A DNA stretch of 64,000 bases, taken from Candidatus Poribacteria bacterium (GTDB taxonomy: Bacteria; Poribacteria; WGA-4E; WGA-3G). Every line of letters begins with the position of its first letter. The first letter of the stretch is position 1. The stretch lies in NCBI GenBank assembly GCA_963663765.2, contig CAXXUA010000015.1, positions 256,001 through 320,000 on the forward strand. Reading direction: 5' to 3'. The notes below the pieces were generated by a model. It made no database searches. It had not been told where the DNA came from and saw only the letters and a program-made list of their open reading frames with translations. Below are positions 41,994 to 51,144 of the stretch, in pieces. A program made the position numbers and the translations under genes.

Positions 41994-42266
41994 ATGCAAG
42001 AAAATCCTTTTATCCAGGAAATACTAAAGGAAGCAAGAGAAGATGCTATGGCGAGTGGTTTAGAACGCGGTTTAGAACGCGGTCAGAAAAAGTGTGCAAT
42101 TGACCTAATATTAGATATGTTAAACGAACAATTTCCAGACGATGAAGTTCATGAGTTGGAACCAGCGCTTGAGGAAATTGATGAATTGGATAAATTAAAG
42201 CGGTTGCATCGCAGAGTGTCAAAGGTGCGAAGTTATAAGGAATTCAAACAAATACTTGAAAATTAG
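41994..42266 (+). CDS. Stand-alone RpnS-like paralog (90 aa)
   Basis: Starts at the same Met (MQENPFIQEIL); ~70 nt identical to 41503-41572, then diverges. Confidence 0.7.
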   Translation: MQENPFIQEILKEAREDAMASGLERGLERGQKKCAIDLILDMLNEQFPDDEVHELEPALEEIDELDKLKRLHRRVSKVRSYKEFKQILEN

Positions 42267-42335
42267 AATAGATATGAATAATACGTTTAATGTATTAGTT
42301 GTAGAGTTTTTATTTGACAGCAGGGAGAGATAGTC

Positions 42336-43196
42336 ATGCTCACTCAGGAACAAATTGATTTATATAATGAAAACGGTTATATCGGGGTTGAGGCAGTACT
42401 ATCCGAAGAGGAAGTAGCTGCTCTGAGACGTGTAACAGACGAATTTGTAGATAAGTCAAGAGAAGTTGTGGAACATAATGACATTTTTGATTTGGAACCG
42501 GGACATTCACCTACATCTCCACGTGTTAGACGCATCAAGAACCCTTGTCTGTATCATACAATCTATGACCAAACCTTGCGTCATCCGAATATACTTGGTA
42601 TAGTTGCTCAACTTATCGGATCTGGAATTCGGTATAATGGACACAAACTTAACATGAAGTATCCTGAATTTGGTAGTCCTGTTGAATGGCATCAGGATTG
42701 GGCGTTTTATCCACACACGAACGATGACCTACTTGCTGTTGGCGTGGTAATTGATGATATGACTGTAGAGAATGGTGCATTGATGGTATTGCCGGGTTCT
42801 CACACAGGTCCGACTTTGGATCATCATCAGAACGGTGCTTTTGTGGGTGCAGTAACTGAACCAGACTTTACTCCTGAAGGAGCTGTTCCGATAGAGATAA
42901 AGGCAGGTGGAATCACGATTCATCATGTTCGTACGTTACATGGGTCTGCACCGAATACTTCAGATAAACCGCGTCGCTTGTTACTCTTCCAATATTGTGC
43001 GGTGGATGCATGGCCATTGAAAGGAATTCCAGATTGGGACACATTCAACGAGTTTATTATCCAAGGAGAACCCACTAACCAACCGCGTATAGTTTCAACA
43101 CCAATTCGCATGCCACAACCTTATTCTGATAAGAAGGGGTCAATCTATGAGGTACAATCTATCCTTGAGAACCCTATGTATGGAAATAAGGAGTAG
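42336..43196 (+). CDS. PhyH family dioxygenase
   Basis: WHQD, ENGAL.VLPGSH, HGSAPN...RR. Confidence 0.92.
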   Translation: MLTQEQIDLYNENGYIGVEAVLSEEEVAALRRVTDEFVDKSREVVEHNDIFDLEPGHSPTSPRVRRIKNPCLYHTIYDQTLRHPNILGIVAQLIGSGIRYNGHKLNMKYPEFGSPVEWHQDWAFYPHTNDDLLAVGVVIDDMTVENGALMVLPGSHTGPTLDHHQNGAFVGAVTEPDFTPEGAVPIEIKAGGITIHHVRTLHGSAPNTSDKPRRLLLFQYCAVDAWPLKGIPDWDTFNEFIIQGEPTNQPRIVSTPIRMPQPYSDKKGSIYEVQSILENPMYGNKE

Positions 43197-43238
43197 AAGT
43201 AAATACCTTTCACACTAACTATTTCAACGGTCTAATCC

Positions 43239-43278
43239 AAAAAAAAATAATCCTCATTTGCACGATGCGAATGAGGAT
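43239..43278 (-). terminator. Rho-independent terminator after the HMA selenoprotein pair
   Basis: Minus strand: ATCCTCATTCGCA-TCG-TGCAAATGAGGAT followed by a T-run. Confidence 0.75.
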
Positions 43279-43345
43279 ATATAATATTATAGTAAATACT
43301 GATTTTAGATTCTTTTTAAAAAGAATAACAACAAACTAAAACTAT

Positions 43346-43684
43346 TTATTCTTCAAATAGTTGTGCTGTAAATCGTGGTTTTTTATCTACTTCTTCAACA
43401 GCTTCAATTGTGCTAATCAATGTTTCTATTTTGACCTTGTCTTTGTCAACCATGAGTACGACTTTGTTGTCTGAGTGTGAAACACTTAATACCTCAGTAA
43501 CGCCTGTCACCTTTTTGAGTGCATCCTGCACTTTTCCAGTACACACGCTTCAGACCATACCATTTACAGATAGACTTACTTCCTCAACCGATGCGTTTTT
43601 TGTGTCTTCTTTCTGTTGGTTCGCACAACCTATAACGATAAATACCATGAATAAACAGAATAATGACTTATTTAATATTTTCAT
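43346..43684 (-). CDS. HMA-domain lipoprotein, predicted selenoprotein (GMV-U-SVC, Sec45), 112 aa
   Basis: RBS GAGGA, lipobox VIGC, ...SLSVNGMV-TGA(43552-43550)-SVCTGKVQDALKKVTGV...; SECIS-like hairpin. Confidence 0.85.
43518..43532 (-). promoter_or_regulatory. SECIS-like hairpin
   Basis: AGTGCA-GGA-TGCACT at +18..+32 after the UGA. Confidence 0.7.
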
Positions 43685-43758
43685 GACTTCCTCTTATTGA
43701 ATATACTTTGTAATCTATAGAAAAGATGAAGGGCGAGTTTCCTCGCCCTTACAAGTCG

Positions 43759-44145
43759 TTAGTTAACGAGAGATGCTGTGAAGCGAGGATCTGCATCATC
43801 AATAGTCTTAATCAGAGCATCGTTTGTAATTTTACCCTTTTCAACTTTAACGACGACTTTCTTTGTTTGTCTGGAAACACTGAGTACCTCTACACCCGTG
43901 ACCTTTTTAAGCGCGGACCGCACTATACCAGGACACGATCCTCACGTCATGCCCTCAACATTAAAGGTCACTTCCTGATAGGTAGCTTTCTTAGGAGTCG
44001 AAACCGAGGTTTCACTCATCGCTTTTTCTCCTGTCGTAGACATAGCAGTTTCTTCAGCCATTTCTGTCTGTTGTCCGACCATGCCACAGCCTATCACGAA
44101 TGTAAAGGCAAACAGTGTAATCAGCGATAATCTTGCAATATACAT
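43759..44145 (-). CDS. HMA-domain lipoprotein, predicted selenoprotein (GMT-U-GSC, Sec68), 128 aa
   Basis: RBS TAAGGAGG, lipobox VIGC, ...VTFNVEGMT-TGA(43944-43942)-GSCPGIVRSALKKVTGV...FTASLVN-TAA. Confidence 0.87.
43910..43924 (-). promoter_or_regulatory. SECIS-like hairpin
   Basis: AGTGCG-GTC-CGCGCT at +18..+32 after the UGA. Confidence 0.7.
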
Positions 44146-44177
44146 TGTTTTACCTCCTTAATTATATACAATACTAT

Positions 44178-44205
44178 ATTATCATATACTTAAGTTAGTT
44201 GTCAA
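44178..44205 (-). promoter_or_regulatory. sigma70-type promoter for the HMA pair
   Basis: TTGACA-N16-GATAAT on the minus strand. Confidence 0.5.
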
Positions 44206-44246
44206 GAAAAAAACAATTGGTATTTATGAGAAATAGGGTGAATGTA

Positions 44247-44996
44247 TTAATTGGATTTTTCTCTATGTGCATCAAGGAAAGGAAATACCTTTTGTAGTCT
44301 TTCAAGTTGTTTTTGTATAGCTGCTGCCCGTTCAAATTGTAGCAGGACGGCTGCGTTGTTACGTCTGGTAACAAGATTTTGCTGAACTTTTTCATATTCA
44401 CCATCAAGTAGATTGATAATGTTCATTATCATCTCTCTATAGAGTTCGCGTGTAATAAGTGCAGCACATGGTGCATAACAACGTTTCATGTCGAATTGTA
44501 GACAAGCGCGGTAGTCCTCTTGAGGGGTAATGGTTCCTTGACAGGTTCTAACCATAAAGATGCGTTGTAGTACATCTATTGCTTCATCAGTCCATTTACG
44601 ACTTGAAAGTGGACCGAAGTATCTTGCTTTATCTGATTGAATTTTTGGTACTCTTTCAAGTCGCGGAAAATCTTCAGCGACATTGATACGAATATACCAA
44701 GTTTGTGTACCATACTTTAAAGCAGAATTATAGGAGGGTTGATGTTGCTTGATGAGACGAGATTCTAAGAAGAGGGCTTCCTGTTCTGATTGGCAAATCT
44801 GATACTGTATAGTAGTCGTCCATCTTATCAGTCGTTTGATTTTTGACCGTCGGTTTTTGACTTTATGAATGTATGAACGTACTCGCTTATGTAGACATTT
44901 TGCTTTGCCGATATATAGAATTTTTCCTGTTGATCCGTAAAAGAAGTAGACACCTGGTACTGAAGGGATGTCTTCTACCATATCTTTCGTTAACAT
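44247..44996 (-). CDS. GIY-YIG nuclease, UvrC N-terminal/Cho-like with UVR domain
   Basis: PGVYFF...LYIGKAK.L..RVRSY, LES.LIK..QP.YN, YFGP, Cys cluster, QFERAA. Confidence 0.88.
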   Translation of the reverse strand: MLTKDMVEDIPSVPGVYFFYGSTGKILYIGKAKCLHKRVRSYIHKVKNRRSKIKRLIRWTTTIQYQICQSEQEALFLESRLIKQHQPSYNSALKYGTQTWYIRINVAEDFPRLERVPKIQSDKARYFGPLSSRKWTDEAIDVLQRIFMVRTCQGTITPQEDYRACLQFDMKRCYAPCAALITRELYREMIMNIINLLDGEYEKVQQNLVTRRNNAAVLLQFERAAAIQKQLERLQKVFPFLDAHREKSN

Positions 44997-45369
44997 TATG
45001 TTTCCCAACTACGTTACGATTGTTGTATATAGAGTTTTAGCAGGTTTAGATAGCAAAATCACTGATGAATTGAACCTGAAAAAACGACTTGACTTTGTAT
45101 CACATTTCTGCTAATTTACCGATATCTCTGACAAACAAACAATATATAAAATTAGGTGTTAACATAGAATTTTATATTGTCAATCTGATTAATTGCTTGC
45201 CGACTCTTTCGCAGCATAGTTTATCAACAATTTTGCTATTGACCTATATTAAATGACTACGTATAAAACACAGATGTGGTTACAAGTTGAGGTGTTTTTT
45301 TCAATAATTGTATTATCTTGTAGTTGTATTCATCAAATTAGCAGAATTTGATAGGAAGGATATAAGTTT

Positions 45370-46227
45370 ATGGTAAAATGGGAACCGACCCGTGAACAGA
45401 AAGAACTATATGAGACGAATGGTTATTTGGTTCTACGTAATGTTATTCCCACTGATCTTGCAGCTGAGATGCGTGGCGTAATTCGCAATGTGATATTGTC
45501 GCCGGAACCAGGAACAAATGCCGATATTGATCCGATGGATCCGATGGAGGATTCGCTTCAAGGCAGGATTGCACGTTTTCGGAAATTAGCGAATTTTTGT
45601 GTATCTGCACCTCTAATCTGGCATAATTTTCATGCGGGTGAGAAAATCCTTTATCATGTTCGGTATTTTCTTGGTGACGATATTATCGTCAAGTTTAACA
45701 GTTGTTTTTTGAAACCTGCGCGGACAGGTAGTGCTACACCGTGGCACCAGGACAATGGTTTGTGGCGTGATGGTGAGACAGACCCTGCGAACTGTTGGAT
45801 GCCGCTTGAACCTGCAACGCGCGAAAATGGTTGTTTGCAGTTTATTCCCGGTAGTCATAAATCAGGCATTGTTGAGCATGTCTTGTATCCTGATAGTATA
45901 CACGGAGAATTGCCGAGAGAACATGTAAAGGATATGGTGTCAAGACACGGTATAGACCATATTGAAATGGGAGCAGGTGATATTGTTTTTTGGCATAGTA
46001 GTATGATGCATTATAGTCCACCTAACAAGAGTGAAAAGGGTCGTATTGCGATTGCGGGAGTTTGGACAAATCCTCAAATTGTCAAGACGAGTAAGCGTTT
46101 CTGGAATAAGTTCCGTTGGGCAATGAAGGATGGTAAGGTCTGTACGCAGTTTCCACCTGAACCTGTTCAGATAGAGAATCAGACTGGTAATAAACCTAAA
46201 CCCTTTCGTGTTGCCAAGGATTATTAG
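45370..46227 (+). CDS. PhyH family dioxygenase
   Basis: TPWHQD, ENGCLQFIPGSH, HYSPPN...R. Confidence 0.92.
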   Translation: MVKWEPTREQKELYETNGYLVLRNVIPTDLAAEMRGVIRNVILSPEPGTNADIDPMDPMEDSLQGRIARFRKLANFCVSAPLIWHNFHAGEKILYHVRYFLGDDIIVKFNSCFLKPARTGSATPWHQDNGLWRDGETDPANCWMPLEPATRENGCLQFIPGSHKSGIVEHVLYPDSIHGELPREHVKDMVSRHGIDHIEMGAGDIVFWHSSMMHYSPPNKSEKGRIAIAGVWTNPQIVKTSKRFWNKFRWAMKDGKVCTQFPPEPVQIENQTGNKPKPFRVAKDY

Positions 46228-47541
46228 ATGTCAAAACCGAACATCGTTGTTTATCTTTCTGATGATCATGGTTGGGAATATCTCGGTTGCTACGGAAATA
46301 CACACATCCAAACCCCACATTTGGATGGTATTGCTGAGGAAGGTTTACGTTTTACGCATGCGTTCACCCCGACACCGACTTGTGCCCCTTCCCGTTCTAC
46401 ACTTTATACTGGACTGTATCCAGCGCGGCATGGAGCTATGGGGAATCATACGGAATGTCACCCATCACTTGAAACATTACCAAAAATGTTAAGAAAACTT
46501 GGATATCGTGTAGCAATTGCAGGTAAGACCCATGTGAGACCTGAGTCGCTTTTTGATTTTGAATATGTCGGTGGATTCCTACCGAAAAACCCAGATCATC
46601 AAAGGAAATATCGTAGAGAAGGACTTGATTTAATTCCAGTTGAACGTTTTCTTGCAGACCATCGTCATGAGAACCCCGAACAACCAGTCTGCTTGATTCT
46701 TGGTGACAGCAATCCGCATGTCACATGGGAACCGAACAAAATCTACGATCACGAAGTTTTACCCCTTCCCCCATATATTGGTGATACTCCAGTTGCGCGA
46801 AAGGCACTTGCCAACTATTATCAGGACATAACGACAATGGATTCTCGTATAGGTGAAGTAGACAAGATGTTGGAAGATCAGGGTTATGCTGATAACACGT
46901 TATTTATCTATACAACTGACCATGGATCCGAGTGGCCGCATTGTAAATGGACATTGTATGACACAGGTATTCGTGTGCCGTTCATTGCACGGTGGTGTGG
47001 AGTAATACCTGCTGCAACTGTTACAGATGCGATGATTTCCCATGTTGACTTTCTACCAACGTTGATTGATGTTGCTGGTGGTGAACCGTCATCGGATTTG
47101 GATGGTATGAGTATTCAAGACGTTTTATGTGGTAAAAAATCATCGTTTCGTGATAAAATATACGGAACGCATACCAGAGATGGTAATATGAATGTATTTC
47201 CGCAACGGTGTGTTCGAGATAACAATTACAAATACATATTGAACTTAAATCCCGAAAATGTTTGGACGACCCATTTTACAGAGGTTGAGGGGATTCCAGA
47301 AAGTCATGCAGAAGTGTGGAACAGTTGGGTTGAAAAGGCAAAAAACCACCCTAATTCTGCAGAACTTGTATATTTAACACAACACCACCCTGTTGAGGAA
47401 CTGTATGATGTGTTAGCAGATCCTTTCGAATTCAATAATATAGCATTTGATGCAGCATATAGTCACATACTTGAAGAGATGCGTGAGTATGTTTGCAGAT
47501 GGATGCAATCACAAGGAGATAAAGGAAAACCAGAAGAATGA
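46228..47541 (+). CDS. Sulfatase (formylglycine type)
   Basis: SDDHG, CAPSRSTLYTGLYP, GKTH, TDHG. Confidence 0.93.
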   Translation: MSKPNIVVYLSDDHGWEYLGCYGNTHIQTPHLDGIAEEGLRFTHAFTPTPTCAPSRSTLYTGLYPARHGAMGNHTECHPSLETLPKMLRKLGYRVAIAGKTHVRPESLFDFEYVGGFLPKNPDHQRKYRREGLDLIPVERFLADHRHENPEQPVCLILGDSNPHVTWEPNKIYDHEVLPLPPYIGDTPVARKALANYYQDITTMDSRIGEVDKMLEDQGYADNTLFIYTTDHGSEWPHCKWTLYDTGIRVPFIARWCGVIPAATVTDAMISHVDFLPTLIDVAGGEPSSDLDGMSIQDVLCGKKSSFRDKIYGTHTRDGNMNVFPQRCVRDNNYKYILNLNPENVWTTHFTEVEGIPESHAEVWNSWVEKAKNHPNSAELVYLTQHHPVEELYDVLADPFEFNNIAFDAAYSHILEEMREYVCRWMQSQGDKGKPEE

Positions 47542-48146
47542 AGTTAAAAAGAAAAAACTATATCGCTTATAGTATATTGATTGTGAGTACGGTAGTGTGT
47601 CTTTCATGTTTGGATTCAGTTGATATTATGATAGATGATGTAACCACCGAAACGACGGTTACACAACCCGATCCGTTGCCTGCTGGTCAAGGTTTGGCGC
47701 CTGGTACAACAGCACCTGATTTTTCGCTACCCGATGCTAGTAATAATACAGTATCACTTTCCGGTTATTTGGATAAAATAGTAGTTATTCAGTTTTTTTC
47801 GACTGCATTGTGACCCAACTGTATAAACCAACTCAGTGAGTTGGATGGTGGTTATCAAGGCATTTTAGATGCGGGTGCAGATGAACTATTTGCTATAAGT
47901 GGTGATACAGTGTTTGGTCTAAATAGGGAATTAGGACATTTATCATTATCTTACCCAGTGCTTTCGGATTCAGATTTTTCGGTTGTTGACACATATAATG
48001 TGCGTGATGAGAGCAATCCAAATCAGGCAAATCCGACTGCATTTATTGTTGATGCAGATGGAGTTATCCAGTGGAAAGACTCTGGTCAAAGGTTTGGTCA
48101 TCGGACTACATCAACACAGATTATTAATGCGTTGAATGGATTGTAA
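47538..48146 (+). CDS. AhpC/TSA-type redoxin lipoprotein, predicted selenoprotein (U-P-N-C), 202 aa
   Basis: APDFSLPD...VVIQFFSTAL-TGA(47811)-PNCINQLSEL...FAISGD..YPVLSD..PTAFIVDADG is one thioredoxin fold across the TGA; ATGA overlap with sulfatase. Confidence 0.88.
47828..47844 (+). promoter_or_regulatory. SECIS-like hairpin
   Basis: CCAACTC-AGT-GAGTTGG at +15..+31 after the UGA. Confidence 0.65.
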
Positions 48147-48195
48147 GGTATTTTTGATAGTGTTACTCAATATTTTGATGTTGTAAGAAAGTTTC

Positions 48196-48489
48196 ATGTT
48201 AACCAACCGAATTGCAGAAAATTCTTTGATTACTCAGGAGTGTCGAAAAACACTCAACTCTCTACATGAAGAAATCAAGAAAATAACGGATCAGTTGAAA
48301 AACGGCAACCTGAATCCTGGGATAGGTAATAAAACAATTGGTAGCGGCATTGTTGAATCGCGTACTCGCGGTGGTTGCCGTGTTTATTGGAGATTTAGAG
48401 AGGGACAAATTGAAATCTTAGGAATTTCTGGTAAGTTTAACCAACACAAGGTAATAAAGGAAGTGTTAAATCATTTTGGAGGAAAATAA
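48196..48489 (+). CDS. Small RelE-like toxin domain protein (polymorphic-toxin tip type)
   Basis: GNLNPGIG...ESRTRGGCRVYWR...IEILGIS.K.NQ..VI, recalled as a RelE-like toxin tip. Confidence 0.5.
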   Translation: MLTNRIAENSLITQECRKTLNSLHEEIKKITDQLKNGNLNPGIGNKTIGSGIVESRTRGGCRVYWRFREGQIEILGISGKFNQHKVIKEVLNHFGGK

Positions 48490-48491
48490 AG

Positions 48492-48884
48492 ATGGATAAA
48501 CCGTACACTATAGTTCAACACAATGATTATGAACTGACTATATTTCATGGTATTTCTCCACTTGATTATAACAACGATAATGTTAACGTTGAAGTCACTT
48601 TTCCAAACGGAGAGAGTTTCTCTGCTGTCTTTTTTACGCTTCAAAATATTGAAACTTTAATGAAGCGTTACAAAAAGACAGGAGAATGTGCGGATGGTCT
48701 CTATTTTTGGGCATCTGATATGGTAATTGTTCAACAGATTTCTGAAAAAACTATCTGTGCGACAATTGACAAATTATTGGCTGAAGCTGAGTTTGCATCT
48801 GTCTTTTCCAAAAATCAAGAAACCACAAAAATTTCTTCTGACAAAGAAGAAAATTATTTCAGAAGTTTCAATGAATCGTTGTAA
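48492..48884 (+). CDS. Putative immunity protein
   Basis: Acidic 130 aa protein 2 nt after the toxin-like gene, RBS GGAGG; NDNVNVEV..FFTLQNI..TGEC..GLYFWASDM. Confidence 0.5.
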   Translation: MDKPYTIVQHNDYELTIFHGISPLDYNNDNVNVEVTFPNGESFSAVFFTLQNIETLMKRYKKTGECADGLYFWASDMVIVQQISEKTICATIDKLLAEAEFASVFSKNQETTKISSDKEENYFRSFNESL

Positions 48885-48993
48885 AACATGTTATGCAATT
48901 TACTGGTCCGTAAAACGCATGTAAACGGCGCCCGGCAATCTTTGAGATTATGTGACTTTATGGTTTGCCCGCGCTTCATTTCAACCGAATAAC

Positions 48994-49909
48994 TTACTCG
49001 TGAAAAAGATCTCTTCCACTTTTCAACTCACCATTTTTCAAGTATTTGAAGTCAAGATTTGAACAGTAAATCTGTTTTGTGGTGATATGTATAGTCCGCG
49101 CGTTGATTTCGGCTACACTCTTCTCGTCCGCTGCTATAATACAAGATTCGTTCTCAAAAGTAGCAATTTATGTCATACGGCGATTTAACGGTAAAGTTAG
49201 TTCGGTATTTTTCTGGGCAAGTCCAAGTCCTCCAGCATTGTAAGGATGTTGTGGATTCTCAGGAGGATCTCCAAGTGAAATCAAGTCAACTGGACGATCA
49301 GAACATACAAAATCACTTGCGCCATCTTCAGAGATCAATAATATCCACTTTCTTTGAACAAGGAGTGGGAATACAGAATTATTGATGCTTTCCAACTCAA
49401 ACTTCAATTGATGACCGTGTCCATACTTTATATTGTAATCTTCATCTTCCACAAATTGCTTCACCGCTTCATATTCTGGTAATTGCTGATCTATAGAGAT
49501 TACACGCTGCTTTTGAGATTCATAAACTTCGCGGCTTGAGGTTAAGCACCTCAATATTTGTTTTCTAACTGTGGTCTCAAAGTTGCTGAGGTTTGTGCGA
49601 ATTTGTGGATTATGCATGTATAGCAAAGCGACAAAATATATTAGTGTTTTTATGTCATTTGCATCTTCAGGCAATGCTGATTTTTTTTTCTATCCATTTA
49701 AGGACTCGTGCAACCTCTCCTTCAATTTGAGCAAAATATTTTTCCACTACATCAATTGGATGTCCGGGGATATCTACTCGATTGAAATCTTTTTCAAAAC
49801 CTACATTCCGAGGAATATTAATGAAATATCTTCTCTCAACCTTATCAATGACGTGGAGCTGTTCATTTTGCGGGGTAGGATCTGAGAAACCTCGTAAATA
49901 GAACTTCCG
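48994..49909 (-). pseudogene. DUF4238-like pseudogene
   Basis: KFYLRGFS N-terminal remnant, FVCSDRPV, LPLNRR; +1 frameshift in A9 (49681-49689); in-frame TAA at 49168-49170; start lost. Confidence 0.75.
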
Positions 49910-50349
49910 TCGATCCAATTCTCACTATCTACTACCTGAGTAAGAAGTGGCAGCATCTCACCAAGTGAATTCGGATTAACTTTTAGATGGAAAAACATTG
50001 CTGAAGCAGCGCTATCTTTAATATGCTGCTTTCCAAATTCCAATTTCCTTTGAAGGTAATTAGAAAAACTCCCGTCAATTGCTTTCAATTGTTCGTCAAT
50101 GGTTGAGTCATCAGCCAGAAATGTTCGGAGATCTGTACTTTCCTCTTCACCTCGCAATAAACTGTGACAATTTCCACAAAGTGTAAGACCGTTATCAAGT
50201 TAAGTAGCAAACTCAGGATATTTCTTAAACGGTTTGATGTGATGAACGTGCAGGTTGTTTTCAAACCCACATCTTCGACAAGCGTTGCCATCAGGACTAT
50301 TAACTTCGTTTTTCCATTGGTTGTACTCGGGTGAATTTCTTACATCCAT
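49801..50349 (-). pseudogene. HNH endonuclease pseudogene, 3' end fused into DUF4238 remnant
   Basis: MDVRNSPEYNQWK...CRRCG...HVHHIKPF...*LDNGLTLCGNCH; TAA at 50200-50202. Confidence 0.8.
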
Positions 50350-50602
50350 ATAGTTTTACTCATACTCTAAATAAGGTGTTGTATGTTATATTGTAACAGC
50401 TTAGTAATAATTTTACAAATTGAAGTGAATTTATAATTTTGAGCATCCTGAAATTTTTCCAATGGTTCGAATTTCACTTTTTTACAGACAATAGTTTTCC
50501 GTCAAATTAGAACTCTTACGATATTGCAAAGTTGCAAAACTATGGTAAATTATCTGATTAATTACACAGTCTACACCAGTTTGGTTAGGAAACCGCACTA
50601 TA

Positions 50603-50728
50603 AGCGTCAATTTAAGGATTTTGACCTCTTGTGAAGGTGTAACCCTGATTTATTTACTTTCCTCTCAAATCGGGGTTGAAAACCCCTCCCACAAGAGAAC
50701 ACCAACACTTGTTTCTTAAATTGACGCC
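50603..50728. mobile_element. MITE-like family B, inverted copy, TA-flanked
   Basis: AGCGTCAATTTAAG...CTTAAATTGACGCC with TA on both sides. Confidence 0.75.
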
Positions 50729-50774
50729 TATGGTTCGGTTAGGAAACCGCAAAAAACTGTCGCGACCGGGAGGT

Positions 50775-51138
50775 CGCTCCTACCGTAATATAGGGTTCGC
50801 TCCTACCGTAATATAGGGTTCGCTCCTACCGTAATATAGGGTTCGCTCCTACCGTAATATAGGGTTCGCTCCTACCGTAATATAGGGTTCGCTCCTACCG
50901 TAATATAGGGTTCGCTCCTACCGTAATATAGGGTTCGCTCCTACCGTAATATAGGGTTCGCTCCTACCGTAATATAGGGTTCGCTCCTACCGTAATATAG
51001 GGTTCGCTCCTACCGTAATATAGGGTTCGCTCCTACCGTAATATAGGGTTCGCTCCTACCGTAATATAGGGTTCGCTCCTACCGTAATATAGGGTTCGCT
51101 CCTACCGTAATATAGGGTTCGCTCCTACCGTAATATAG
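50775..51138. repeat. Perfect 23-bp tandem repeat, ~15.8 copies (CGCTCCTACCGTAATATAGGGTT)
   Basis: 15 identical units plus a 19-bp partial unit. Confidence 0.95.
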
Positions 51139-51144
51139 AGGTAT

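Noticed and set aside
43726-44130. Plus-strand 134-aa and neighbouring short ORFs
   Set aside because: Antisense shadows of the HMA selenoprotein genes, which have the RBS, lipobox and domain motifs.
39706-47541. Genome-wide TGA reassignment as the explanation for in-frame TGAs
   Set aside because: TGA terminates ordinary genes here (GT4 at 40807, sulfatase at 47539, GDPD, M16), and Trp is encoded by TGG.
50775-51138. CRISPR array or coding repeat
   Set aside because: Head-to-tail identical units with no spacers; 23 is not a multiple of 3 and the units contain stop codons.
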